From the NCBI GenBank assembly GCA_963748615.1, contig CAVVJQ010000002.1:17718-81717 (forward strand): a DNA stretch of 64,000 nt. Direction: 5' to 3'. Under the pieces are notes generated by a model. It did no database searches. It saw only the letters and a program-made list of their open reading frames with translations, and was not told the DNA's origin. Positions 46,180-55,409 of the stretch are shown piece by piece. Positions within the stretch are counted from its first letter, which is position 1, and each line of letters opens with the position of its first letter. Both the position numbers and the translations under genes were made by a program. This DNA is from an uncultured Thermoplasmata archaeon (GTDB lineage Archaea > Thermoplasmatota > Thermoplasmata > UBA10834).

Positions 46180-48312
46180 ATGGACGTGCACCCCGAACGC
46201 TCATCATCCCCAGGACGAAGACTGTGCATGATAGCGATTATGCTCCTGGTGGTCCTTTCAGCGATCCCTATCGGGGCGAAGGCAGAGATACCGCACGAGA
46301 ACTACGACCTCGCATCCTCAGACCTCGACACCGTCATCGCACTCCTCAACTCGTCTATAAGATCGTTCGAAGGGTCGCTCAGGGCGCTCAACGAAGAGGA
46401 CACTGCAACGGCTGGAGAGTACATCGACAGGGTGAGCACGGTACTCCGGCCGGTCGAAGGCGTCCTCGAGGACATACAGGATGTCGCAGGGAGCTACGAG
46501 GACCTGAACGGACTGCTGCCTCCGTTCACTTCACTCTACGATTCGACGGATTCGTTCCTTGTGATGGAGGTCGAGCTCCTGGGAGCCAGGAGCGATATCG
46601 TCTCATCGTCGGAACTGCTCAATCTCTCAGATGAGCAACTGATAGAAGCTCTTGATAACATCGAGAGATTCAACTCCCTCGCCAACCGGATGAACTCCAC
46701 GATCGACGAGATGCTGGTCCATGCGCATGAGATCAACGCGCTGACCGTCGATGGCACGACGCCGTTCGTGCCGAACGACCTCATCGAGTTGATAGAGCAG
46801 CTGCGAGACATGATAGGCAAGATCTTCACGGACATGCAGCGTGTGATAGACGAGGACATTCCATGGGACAGCGATGTCTCGTTCATACTGATATGGATCG
46901 AGGATCAGAACCTGTACCTCGGCGAGACGATGGTCGGGGGAGGATACCTGTTCATACACGGCTCGTTCGTCGTCGGCGAGACCGTGAACATCTCCATGGA
47001 CGGCGGTCAGCTGCTTCAGGTCGTGACCGGGGCCGGGGGCAGGTACGCGTTCACTCAGTCGATACCGCTGAACGCCTCCTGGCTCGGCACGCACACGATC
47101 ATCGCGCATGCATACACGGCGAACGGCACGCTCGATTCCGACCCGGTCAATGTGATCATCTCGCTGGTCCCGACGACGATCAAGCTGACAGCGGATATGA
47201 CCGTCATGTCACGGGACGAGGCGGTCGCTCTGCAGGCCAAGCTATCGGACGTCAAGGGCAAGCCACTGTCTCACATGAACTGTTCCCTGGCGATCGATGG
47301 GGAGGAAGCCGCGTTCATAACGGATGATGCCGGCAGCGAGGAGTGGTCACGGACCGGCTCAGAGCTGGGGTACGGTACCCATGTCATGTCCGCATCATTC
47401 CCCGGTGTGTTGCCATATGCTCCGAGTACATCCAGTGATGTGACAGTGGTCGTGGACATACCGACCAACATCACGATCAACCTGTTCGCGGACCGTCTGC
47501 GGAAGGGAGGTCATGTCGTCGGAGACGGCATGCTCGTGTCGAACGGCTCGCAGCCGATGGGCATGCAGAACCTGAGCCTGTTCATCGACGGCGAATACTT
47601 CAGGGACGTCAGGACGGAGGCGGACGGAGTGTTCGCATTCTCCATCAGCACGGACAATCTGACCGTCGGCGCCCACGTGCTCAGGGCGGCATTCGTCCTG
47701 AGAGATGACATATGGAGATACTCGGAGGCAGATGCGAGTTTCGTGATAATCTCGATGAAGTATGCCGATTACCCGTTCTTCCCATGGATCCCTGGCTGGA
47801 GCATCGGCCTTGCCGAGGAGATACCGTATCTGTTCTTCGGAGAGAACGCGTACTACACATGGATGTTCATCGTGCTCGTAGTGGGCGTGGTCATCAAGGC
47901 GCTCCAGGTTAGGAAGGCCCGCAGGGCCAAGGAGCGCGAGCTCGTCCCGTCCCCCGAGGAGGACTTGGAAGAGGGCATGGAGTTCGGACCACAGGAGGAG
48001 AGATATCTGGTGCCGGAGCCTGCGCCTGAGTGGCTTTCAGGGCCGAACGAGAAGATAGTCTGGCACTACAACAAGATGATATCGTTCCTGATGAGAAGGC
48101 GCAAGATCGGGATAACGGACAACATGACTCATTGGGAGGTTGCGAGACTGCTGCGATCGCTCGGCTACTCCGCGACCACCACTACGACGGTCACCGTCCT
48201 TTTCGAGAGGGCGTACTATTCGGGTTCCACGCTTTCCATGGCGGATGAGATCCAGATGGGATCATCGACACATATGATGAAGAGGACCGGGGGTACCAAT
48301 CTTGCAGGCTAG
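46180..48312 (+). CDS. module 2 gene 2: paralogue of 18648..20846 (exported, beta-sandwich units, TM, DUF4129-like tail)
   Basis: Signal IAIMLLVVLSAIPIGAKA and the shared EIPHENYD / ETIPHEQFD start of the mature part. Late TM YYTWMFIVLVVGVVI. The tail MTHWEVARLLRSLGYSATTTTTVTVLFERAYYSGS is DUF4129-like. Confidence 0.6.
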   Translation: MDVHPERSSSPGRRLCMIAIMLLVVLSAIPIGAKAEIPHENYDLASSDLDTVIALLNSSIRSFEGSLRALNEEDTATAGEYIDRVSTVLRPVEGVLEDIQDVAGSYEDLNGLLPPFTSLYDSTDSFLVMEVELLGARSDIVSSSELLNLSDEQLIEALDNIERFNSLANRMNSTIDEMLVHAHEINALTVDGTTPFVPNDLIELIEQLRDMIGKIFTDMQRVIDEDIPWDSDVSFILIWIEDQNLYLGETMVGGGYLFIHGSFVVGETVNISMDGGQLLQVVTGAGGRYAFTQSIPLNASWLGTHTIIAHAYTANGTLDSDPVNVIISLVPTTIKLTADMTVMSRDEAVALQAKLSDVKGKPLSHMNCSLAIDGEEAAFITDDAGSEEWSRTGSELGYGTHVMSASFPGVLPYAPSTSSDVTVVVDIPTNITINLFADRLRKGGHVVGDGMLVSNGSQPMGMQNLSLFIDGEYFRDVRTEADGVFAFSISTDNLTVGAHVLRAAFVLRDDIWRYSEADASFVIISMKYADYPFFPWIPGWSIGLAEEIPYLFFGENAYYTWMFIVLVVGVVIKALQVRKARRAKERELVPSPEEDLEEGMEFGPQEERYLVPEPAPEWLSGPNEKIVWHYNKMISFLMRRRKIGITDNMTHWEVARLLRSLGYSATTTTTVTVLFERAYYSGSTLSMADEIQMGSSTHMMKRTGGTNLAG

Positions 48313-49468
48313 GGTCAAGCGAGGGTACATGATGGCCACGGTCCTCGTCGCAGCCTTGGGCCTGACCATGCTGACCATGTTCACCCCGGCGATATCCACG
48401 ACGGAGGACTTCTCGATATTCAACAGTGGTTGGAACGGCACGAGCGGGCTCGCAGTGTCCGTATACGAGACCGGCAAGTTCGTCCCGAGTTTCAGGGTGG
48501 AGACTTCGGGGACCGATGTGACCATCGCTGAACTGGGGTTCGAGGAGCTCGACCTCGATCCTGATGCGGATGCCATCGCAATCATAGGACCATCCGAGAC
48601 ATTCTCCGCCTACGATGGCGACCTCATGGGCGCCTTCGTCAGGGCTGGAGGCGCACTGCTCATCGCGGACGATTTCGGCTCTGGCAACTCGCTCCTGGAG
48701 AAGATGGGAGCGACCTCGAGGTTCTCTGGCGACCTCGTCATGGACCTATCGTTCGAGAAGAAGCCGGAGTTCCCCGTCTGCTTCGACCTGCGTGTGGACG
48801 ACCTGACTCGGAACGTGTCCGCGCTGCAACTGAACTACCCATCATCGATCATCTCTGGAACGGGCACGACCACCGTCGCATACACCAGCAGCGCCAGCTG
48901 GCGCGACACGAACGGCAACGGACTCCAGGATTACGGAGAGCCTTGGGGACCGTTCCCGATACTGGCCAGGGAGACGATCGGGGCAGGGACCGTCGTCTTG
49001 CTGTCGGACCCGAGCGTGCTCATAAACGGCATGAGCGACCTGCTCGACAACGCGAGATTGGCGGACAACGTGATCTCGCATCTGAGCTCGTCTCGCACGG
49101 CAGTGTACTTCGACGAGAGTCACAGGACCTTCTTCGACCCGGTCGCCGTGACCTCGGAGTTCACGGGCTCGATCTCGAACCCATTGAAGGGCGTCATCCT
49201 TTTCACCGCCATGGCACTCGCGCTCTGGGTCGCCACTGACTTCATCGACCGCGCGATTGCTTGGATTTCCATGAGCATCGGGAAGGTCGTATCGTTTTTC
49301 AGAAGTCTCCTGCGCAGACGAGAGGTGCAAGAGCCCGTGCCCGAAGAGAAGAGCATCGAAGACCTCACGAAGGAGATACATGCGGCTCATCCCGAGTGGC
49401 GTGAAGGACTCATAAGACACGCGCTCAACGAGCGGCGGAGGCACAGACGCGCCCAAGTGAAACCGTGA
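48302..49468 (+). CDS. module 2 gene 3: DUF4350-like protein, paralogue of 20843..22003
   Basis: Shared motifs DFSIFNSGWNGTSGLAV, LLIADDFGSGNSLL, FEKKPEF and LNYPSSI. Roughly half the residues are identical to the module 1 copy by eye. Confidence 0.6.
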   Translation: MQARVKRGYMMATVLVAALGLTMLTMFTPAISTTEDFSIFNSGWNGTSGLAVSVYETGKFVPSFRVETSGTDVTIAELGFEELDLDPDADAIAIIGPSETFSAYDGDLMGAFVRAGGALLIADDFGSGNSLLEKMGATSRFSGDLVMDLSFEKKPEFPVCFDLRVDDLTRNVSALQLNYPSSIISGTGTTTVAYTSSASWRDTNGNGLQDYGEPWGPFPILARETIGAGTVVLLSDPSVLINGMSDLLDNARLADNVISHLSSSRTAVYFDESHRTFFDPVAVTSEFTGSISNPLKGVILFTAMALALWVATDFIDRAIAWISMSIGKVVSFFRSLLRRREVQEPVPEEKSIEDLTKEIHAAHPEWREGLIRHALNERRRHRRAQVKP

Positions 49469-49477
49469 CGACCGACA

Positions 49478-49732
49478 TCAGGATAGTATGAGCCAGACCC
49501 GTCTGATCACGATGACCACGAATAGGAAGAGTCCCAAATAGATGAAGTAGTCGATCTTGTCCTTCAGATCGCGTCCGAGTATCCCGTCCGTGAGTTCCCT
49601 GGCCACAAGAAGACCGATGATCTCGAGCGTCAGCAGGACCTCGACGCCGGCGGACAATGAGATTATGATGGACGCCAGGGTCCATATCGAGATGCCAAGG
49701 AACACCTTGTGCGACAACAACATCAGGTCCAC
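49478..49732 (-). CDS. small 3-TM membrane protein, paralogue of 58357..58602
   Basis: 84 aa. Shared motifs LEIIGLLVARELTD / LILIGVLVIRELTD and the C-terminal VIVIRRVWLILS / IIVVRRVWEILS. It is inserted in opposite orientation inside module 2. Confidence 0.55.
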   Translation of the reverse strand: MDLMLLSHKVFLGISIWTLASIIISLSAGVEVLLTLEIIGLLVARELTDGILGRDLKDKIDYFIYLGLFLFVVIVIRRVWLILS

Positions 49733-49867
49733 CGAAGGTCAGGGCTTCAGATAGTACAGGCCCCGCAGACTGAAGATGAGTGCTCGGTATAAGAGATTCA
49801 CGCATGCGGCGGTGCTTGATAGTTGAGAACAGATAGTTTTCATATACAACAACACTCTTCTCATTCG

Positions 49868-50023
49868 ATTCCGTTCATCGATGAGCAGGACGCGGCCACG
49901 GATACATTCATGAGCGATGAGGAAATTGTACGGTAGGTGGTGGAGAGGCTCCCCGGGTGGAACAGGGGCATGCCATCGCACCTTCCGCGTCAGATAGAAA
50001 GGCACGGAGCTGTGAAGGAATGA
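49868..50023 (+). pseudogene. relic 3' end of a third DUF4350-like gene, with an in-frame TAG; its stop overlaps the MoxR start (ATGA)
   Basis: Translation FIDEQDAATDTFMSDEEIVR*VVERLPGWNRGMPSHLPRQIERHGAVKE aligns residue for residue with the C-terminus of 20843..22003 (FTKEQATMPDAFLNDDEILRRVMERHPNWNKGVLSHLMRQLQRHGAVKK). The TAG at 49934-49936 replaces an Arg position. Confidence 0.6.
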
Positions 50024-50994
50024 TAGATTTCAGAGTGAGGGCACCGGAAGATGTGGAGGCGGTCCTGGAAGCAGTGAACGAGCAGATAGGGAAGGTCGTG
50101 GTCGGATACCACGAACAGGTGGAGGACTTCATGATGTGCCTCATCACACAAGGGCACATACTCATGGAGGGAGTGCCTGGAGTTGCCAAGACCACATTGT
50201 CGAAGGCGTTCACGAAGGTCTGCGGGTTGTCGTATAAGAGGATACAGTTCACGCAGGACCTGCTCCCATCGGATATAACTGGGCATTACTTCTTCAACCA
50301 GAAGACTGGAGACTTCGAGATCAGGAAAGGGGCATTGTTCGCAGACTTCATCCTCGCAGATGAGATAAACAGGGCTCCGCCAAAGACGCAGTCCGCCCTG
50401 CTTGAGGCGATGCAGGAACGGCAGGTCACCATCGAGGGGACGACCTTCGAGCTGCCTACCCCGTTCATGGTCATCGCAACGCTCAACCCCATCGAGACCG
50501 AGGGCGTGTTCCCGTTGCCAGAAGCACAGCTAGACCGGTTCATGTACAAGAGCATCATGGACTACGTGTCCGAGGAGGACGAGCTGGGCATACTGGACCT
50601 CAAGAGCAAGAAGAACGGGGTCATGGAACAGGTGCTGGACAGAGACGTGCTGATGGACATCTGGAACCTATACAACAGCATGCACGTCGACGAATCGATC
50701 AAGGAGTACATCAGAGACATAGTCGTCGCATCGAGGAACATCGAAGCGTTGACATTGGGTGCGAGTCCGAGAGCGGGCGAATACCTCCTGTACTCATCGA
50801 GGGCGCATGCGCTCATAGCGGGCAAGGACTACGTCATACCCGATGATGTCAAGGCCGTCGCGCACAAGATCCTCGATCACAGACTCATACTCTCTATCGA
50901 TTCCGAGCTCGAGGGGCTGACGGTCTCCGGCGTCGTGGATGACATCCTGAACAAGGTGCCCGTGCCCAAGAGCCACGGTCCCGTCCAGGAATGA
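50020..50994 (+). CDS. moxR: MoxR-family AAA+ ATPase
   Basis: Walker A GVPGVAKTT and Walker B/sensor region ILADEINRAPPKTQSALLEAMQERQVTIEG. It is ~324 aa from ATG 50020, preceded by GTGAAGGA. The ORF-track extension to 49957 overlaps the DUF4350 relic and is rejected. Confidence 0.9.
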   Translation: MIDFRVRAPEDVEAVLEAVNEQIGKVVVGYHEQVEDFMMCLITQGHILMEGVPGVAKTTLSKAFTKVCGLSYKRIQFTQDLLPSDITGHYFFNQKTGDFEIRKGALFADFILADEINRAPPKTQSALLEAMQERQVTIEGTTFELPTPFMVIATLNPIETEGVFPLPEAQLDRFMYKSIMDYVSEEDELGILDLKSKKNGVMEQVLDRDVLMDIWNLYNSMHVDESIKEYIRDIVVASRNIEALTLGASPRAGEYLLYSSRAHALIAGKDYVIPDDVKAVAHKILDHRLILSIDSELEGLTVSGVVDDILNKVPVPKSHGPVQE

Positions 50995-51016
50995 TCTTCC
51001 CGTCCGGAGGAACTCG

Positions 51017-52438
51017 ATGAGATACACTTACCTGGGACTGTCGTTGGTCGCTCTATCCGCGATACTGTACCTAGAAGCGTTCCTATTCGAGAACCTCATC
51101 CCAGCGTTCTGCGGCCTCGGGATAATCGCATACATGATCTACGACAGGTTGTCGTTCTCAGAACAGCTCGAGAACCAACGCCTCGAAATCAAGAGGGAGG
51201 TCATGGAGAAGATGCTGTTCGCCGACAAACCGTTCACCGTGCTCACCCGGGTACGGAATCTGGGAGATCCGATCCGGATAACCTTCGAGGAGGTCGTCCC
51301 TGAGGGATTGGAGCTGAGGTCAGGAACGAACAGCATCAGCACGGACCTCAACTCGGGAGAGGTCGCGAAGATCAAGTACACTGCCCAGGCCAAGAAGAGA
51401 GGGTACTACACGATCGACAGGATCAAGATAGAATCGAAGGACAGAGCGGGCTTCTTCGAATCCGATTCGATGATGACACACGCGACCCATATGAGGGTCC
51501 ACAGCTCGAGGGAGGAGCTGAGGAAGGCACACACGGTCGCGAAGAGGGAGCACATGGAGATGCTCGGGAAATCACCCGAGAGATGGTCGAGGACGAGGGA
51601 GTTCGAGTTCGAAGGGATAAGAGAATTCGTCCCAGGGGACAGGTTCAGGGACATCGACTGGAAGAGTTTCTCGAGGGTCCAGAAACTGATGACGAAGGTA
51701 TACGAGCGCGAGACGATGGTCCCGACGACGATCCTGTTGGACTGCGGCAGGAGCATGAGGATCGCGATCGGGGAAGGCTCGAAACTCGATCACGGCATCA
51801 GATTATCCATACAGTTGACGAAGGTGCTTCTGTCAGGCTATCATCCCACTGGCGTCGTCGCCTTCGACGACATCGGAACGGTCGCGCGAGTCAAGCCCGA
51901 TGTGGTGAGAGGACAGTATGACAAGGTCCTCAGAGCGTTGCTGCACGTGCCTCAGGAGATACGGACCGACACCGTAGCTCAGCCGAGACCTGCGACAGAA
52001 GCGGTGGTCTTGCAGGATGCTGCTGGGGGCAAGTTCGTCAGCGTCGTATCGTCATTCATAGGAGGGCACAAGAGGGGCGCTGCCAAGGGTAAGGTGGGTG
52101 CTGAGGGGATCGTCCGAGAAGCGATCGCGAAGGGCGGCAAAGGCCAGATGTTCATGTTCATATCGGACCTCGAATCGAACCAGGATGCCATCGTAAAAGC
52201 TGCGTCTCTCGCAAGGGCGCATGGGCACCGGGTGATTTTGGCGAGTCCGGATTCCACATTATACGGTATATGCAGGGAGAGCCTCACCGTCGAGCGGATC
52301 GAAGAGTTGTACGACCCGCATCTATCCAAGCTCAAGACCCTCGCCAGGCTCAGAAGACTGGGCGTGATCGTACTCGAGCTCGGACCAAAGGACGAGGCTG
52401 CGACCATCGCAAGGCAGATCAGGAGGATGACCATTTGA
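51017..52438 (+). CDS. module 2 DUF58 family protein (vWA-like MoxR partner)
   Basis: FEFEGIREFVPGDRFRDIDWKSFSRVQKLMTKVYERETMVPTTILLDCGRSM. Two N-terminal TM helices. Paralogue of 22000..23466. Confidence 0.8.
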   Translation: MRYTYLGLSLVALSAILYLEAFLFENLIPAFCGLGIIAYMIYDRLSFSEQLENQRLEIKREVMEKMLFADKPFTVLTRVRNLGDPIRITFEEVVPEGLELRSGTNSISTDLNSGEVAKIKYTAQAKKRGYYTIDRIKIESKDRAGFFESDSMMTHATHMRVHSSREELRKAHTVAKREHMEMLGKSPERWSRTREFEFEGIREFVPGDRFRDIDWKSFSRVQKLMTKVYERETMVPTTILLDCGRSMRIAIGEGSKLDHGIRLSIQLTKVLLSGYHPTGVVAFDDIGTVARVKPDVVRGQYDKVLRALLHVPQEIRTDTVAQPRPATEAVVLQDAAGGKFVSVVSSFIGGHKRGAAKGKVGAEGIVREAIAKGGKGQMFMFISDLESNQDAIVKAASLARAHGHRVILASPDSTLYGICRESLTVERIEELYDPHLSKLKTLARLRRLGVIVLELGPKDEAATIARQIRRMTI

Positions 52439-52449
52439 GAGAGAGCTCC

Positions 52450-52959
52450 ATGGCGGTCGTCGCTGCGTTCGTCGCGCTGTGCACGCTATCGAGTTTCTCA
52501 GGGGACGCGGTCCTCATCTTCGGCGCGTCATGCGCCCTCATAGTGGTCGGCATATTGGTCCGCAAGGCGATCATAGGCATCGCCGGGATATTCATGCTCG
52601 GCATATCGTCCCCGTTCGCGGTTCAGTACGAGAGGGTGGCGGATGGGTTCACATTGATGGCGGTGACCGCTCTCGTCGTAATATCCATGGCCGTACTCAC
52701 TCACTTGGCTGCGACATCCGACGAGAAGCGGAGGTTCGAATGGCGAGTGGACAGGAGAGCGTTGCTCATAAGCGCGGTCGTGACATTGCTGATCGCCAAC
52801 TCCATCGTCATCGTCTCCGCGATCGGGGTCTTGGGGACATTCCTCGGGGATATCGAGACGACCGGAGCGAGAGTGATCATACTGGCATTCGCGACGGCTT
52901 TGGTCAGCGCGATCGTGTTGGTGCCGCAAGTGGACGAAGTGGAGACTGAGCACGCATGA
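52450..52959 (+). CDS. module 2 polytopic membrane protein, positional counterpart of 23463..24026
   Basis: 169 aa from ATG 52450 (MAVVAAFVALCTLSSF...), with 4-5 TM helices. The ORF-track start at 52270 overlaps DUF58 and is unlikely. Confidence 0.55.
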   Translation: MAVVAAFVALCTLSSFSGDAVLIFGASCALIVVGILVRKAIIGIAGIFMLGISSPFAVQYERVADGFTLMAVTALVVISMAVLTHLAATSDEKRRFEWRVDRRALLISAVVTLLIANSIVIVSAIGVLGTFLGDIETTGARVIILAFATALVSAIVLVPQVDEVETEHA

Positions 52960-53021
52960 AAAGTGCTCCATGCTCTAAGCCATTTAATGACTCGGCGAGC
53001 AAATGATTGAAAAAGTCGAGG

Positions 53022-54005
53022 TCAACCTTTCCTGGCACCCAGTTTGGAGGTTATGACCCAGAGCCCAACCTTGACGGGATGTCTGAGTATCAGGCTTCGA
53101 GTATTGCAGATCATCCAACATCCTTTCCTGCAGGAGCGCACGGCCTTTGCGACTCGCATCTTTTCAGATGGTGTGAACAACTCATCAAGGCACGCCACCG
53201 TAGATATATTGCCCACGGGAAGATCAAGTGCATTGCATGGATACACATCACCTTGGGGTGACATGAAGAAATAACGTCTTCCCGCTTCACATCGAGTCTC
53301 GAAATATTTCTTGATCCCCTCATCGACCATCCCGTTGGTGTGGTAAGCTCTAAGCCAATCCTTCGGATGCTTGGACTTCAGTTGACGGCGCATCAATTCT
53401 TCCGTCTCTTTGAGTAGTTCCGATCGGTCTGCATTGAGGGTCTCATCGAGCTCTCCGAAATAGATGTCAGACCCATGAGCCATCGTTATTGTGAATTCAA
53501 CCCCTAGATCTCGAGATAATTCGAATACATCGATTATCTCGGATTGGTTCTCGGTCGTCACGGTCATCGCAATCCTGAGGTCCGTGAATCCTTTTTCCTT
53601 CAAGGATCGGACAGTGGAGATGGCCCGCTCGAACATCCCCGGAACGCCTCTGATACGGTCGTGCGTCTGCTCCAGGCCGTCGATTGAAATCCCGACTCCG
53701 ACTCGTGGATGAATCGAACGAATCTTCATCATCGTCTCTACGATTCTGTCTGTCAGAAGACCATTCGAGGAGAAGACCAGTCTGGACCTGGGAACGCGAT
53801 CATGAATCACTGTGATAACTTCCAGGAGGTCACGTCTCATGAACGGCTCGCCGCCGGTGATGTTGATGGTTTTCAGAGAAGACGGGATCCTGCCATACAT
53901 GGACGGCTCGAGTTCATCGGTTAGGGGTGATTTCCATATGCTGCACATGACGCACTTTGAGTTGCATCTGTACGTGACAGCAATGGCTGCCTCCTGGAAT
54001 GTCAT
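53022..54005 (-). CDS. radical SAM enzyme with C-terminal SPASM/twitch-like Cys cluster
   Basis: CxxxCxxC in YRCNSKCVMCSIW, GGEPF motif in ITGGEPFMR. C-terminal cysteines are CEAGRRYFFMSPQGDVYPCN ... SCRKGCWMICN. Confidence 0.85.
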   Translation of the reverse strand: MTFQEAAIAVTYRCNSKCVMCSIWKSPLTDELEPSMYGRIPSSLKTINITGGEPFMRRDLLEVITVIHDRVPRSRLVFSSNGLLTDRIVETMMKIRSIHPRVGVGISIDGLEQTHDRIRGVPGMFERAISTVRSLKEKGFTDLRIAMTVTTENQSEIIDVFELSRDLGVEFTITMAHGSDIYFGELDETLNADRSELLKETEELMRRQLKSKHPKDWLRAYHTNGMVDEGIKKYFETRCEAGRRYFFMSPQGDVYPCNALDLPVGNISTVACLDELFTPSEKMRVAKAVRSCRKGCWMICNTRSLILRHPVKVGLWVITSKLGARKG

Positions 54006-54028
54006 TACGGGTTGGGAATGAACAAGGT

Positions 54029-54037
54029 CTATATATT
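54029..54037 (-). promoter_or_regulatory. TATA-like box for the radical SAM gene (leaderless geometry)
   Basis: Plus-strand ctatatatt is centred ~28 nt upstream of the minus-strand ATG at 54005. Confidence 0.4.
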
Positions 54038-54128
54038 CCCTTTTTCAATAGCCAACATGAAGTCCAGTACATTGGCCAGATTGCATTGAAAGCCACCCTG
54101 ACCGATTAAATAAGCATGAAATCATCTG

Positions 54129-55358
54129 ATGGATGGGTTTGATTTGAGAGTAATTTTGCTGACATCAGATTTCGCTCCCGTGCAAGGGGGCATCGGCAAT
54201 TATGCGACTGAGATCGCTAAACGCGTATCGGATGATGTGGAATTGCACGTTGTCGCCCCGAATCCTAAGGTCTCGAACGATGCAGCGCCTGCGAATGAAG
54301 AGACCGAGCACTTCCCAGATCATGTCACCATACACCGTCTGGGTTCAGGAAAAGGCGGGTTTCTCTCAGACCTTGATTTCCAGATCAAATGCAGGAGTTT
54401 CGTGAAATCGATTGCCAGGAAAGAGAAGATCGACCTGATCCACTCGCAGAGCACCATGCCGGACCTGTTCATCCGCGGAGATGCGATTTCCATTCCGATC
54501 GTCACGACAATACACACGACGGTCACCGGCCACGTTGCTGCCCTTAGAGAGTCCGGAATTCCATTCAATCAAATGTCTCGTTCTGAGAAGTCCACGCTGA
54601 TGATATCACCATTCTTCAGGGCCTTGGAGAGGAGATATTACTCTGGCTCTAGGCGATACATCACCGTATCCGAGTGGGGAAAGAAGACTGTCTCGAAGGA
54701 GAAGAAAATCGACCAGGCCAAGATCGAGGTGATATACATCGGAGTCGATCCGGAACGGTATTCCCCATCCAACAGGGTAGATGCCGTCAAGCATTTTGGC
54801 AGCATCCCTGAAACATCGGCACCTAAGGTGCTGTATTTCTCCAGGTTCGCCACGAGGAAGGGGGTGCATCTTCTGGCAGATGCGATTCCAAGGATCCTCG
54901 AGAAAGTCGATGCGCATTTCATATTTGCGGGATCAGGCCAAATGCCGAAGATTAACACCCCGAAAGAAAACGTCACGATTCTTGGATATGTTCCATCAGA
55001 ACTGACCCACAAACTGTACGCAATGTCAGACATCTTCATACTTCCATCGCTCTATGAAAACTTCCCTAGCTGCATCCTCGAGGCAATGGCGTCGGAATGT
55101 GCACCTATAGCGACAGATATCGCGGGAATACCTGAGATGATACGTCATGGCGAGAACGGCATTCTAATTAAGCCACACGACGTTGACGCGATAGTGCAAT
55201 CGGTCATAGATCTTGCGTCCGATGACAGCCTACGACTCAAGATGGCGAAAGAGGGACGGAAGAGCGCTATCGAGAGATTCTCATGGAATGATTCGATCTC
55301 GAAGATGGAATCCCACTATGGAGATGTTATCAATTCCTACAAGAGGAAGACCAGGTGA
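54129..55358 (+). CDS. glycosyltransferase, GT4 family
   Basis: 409 aa. N-terminus ILLTSDFAPVQGGIGNY. C-terminal motif region ENFPSCILEAMASECAPIATDIAGIPEMI. Confidence 0.85.
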   Translation: MDGFDLRVILLTSDFAPVQGGIGNYATEIAKRVSDDVELHVVAPNPKVSNDAAPANEETEHFPDHVTIHRLGSGKGGFLSDLDFQIKCRSFVKSIARKEKIDLIHSQSTMPDLFIRGDAISIPIVTTIHTTVTGHVAALRESGIPFNQMSRSEKSTLMISPFFRALERRYYSGSRRYITVSEWGKKTVSKEKKIDQAKIEVIYIGVDPERYSPSNRVDAVKHFGSIPETSAPKVLYFSRFATRKGVHLLADAIPRILEKVDAHFIFAGSGQMPKINTPKENVTILGYVPSELTHKLYAMSDIFILPSLYENFPSCILEAMASECAPIATDIAGIPEMIRHGENGILIKPHDVDAIVQSVIDLASDDSLRLKMAKEGRKSAIERFSWNDSISKMESHYGDVINSYKRKTR

Positions 55359-55409
55359 TGAGAGTGCGGTCCCGGGATCAATTTCCTACCCAATCATCGA
55401 TGCTCACGA

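Noticed and set aside
49957-50019. N-terminal extension of MoxR (MEQGHAIAPSASDRKARSCEG) given by the ORF track
   Set aside because: It overlaps the DUF4350 relic in another frame and is not MoxR-like. ATG 50020 gives a normal-length MoxR with an SD-like GTGAAGGA upstream.
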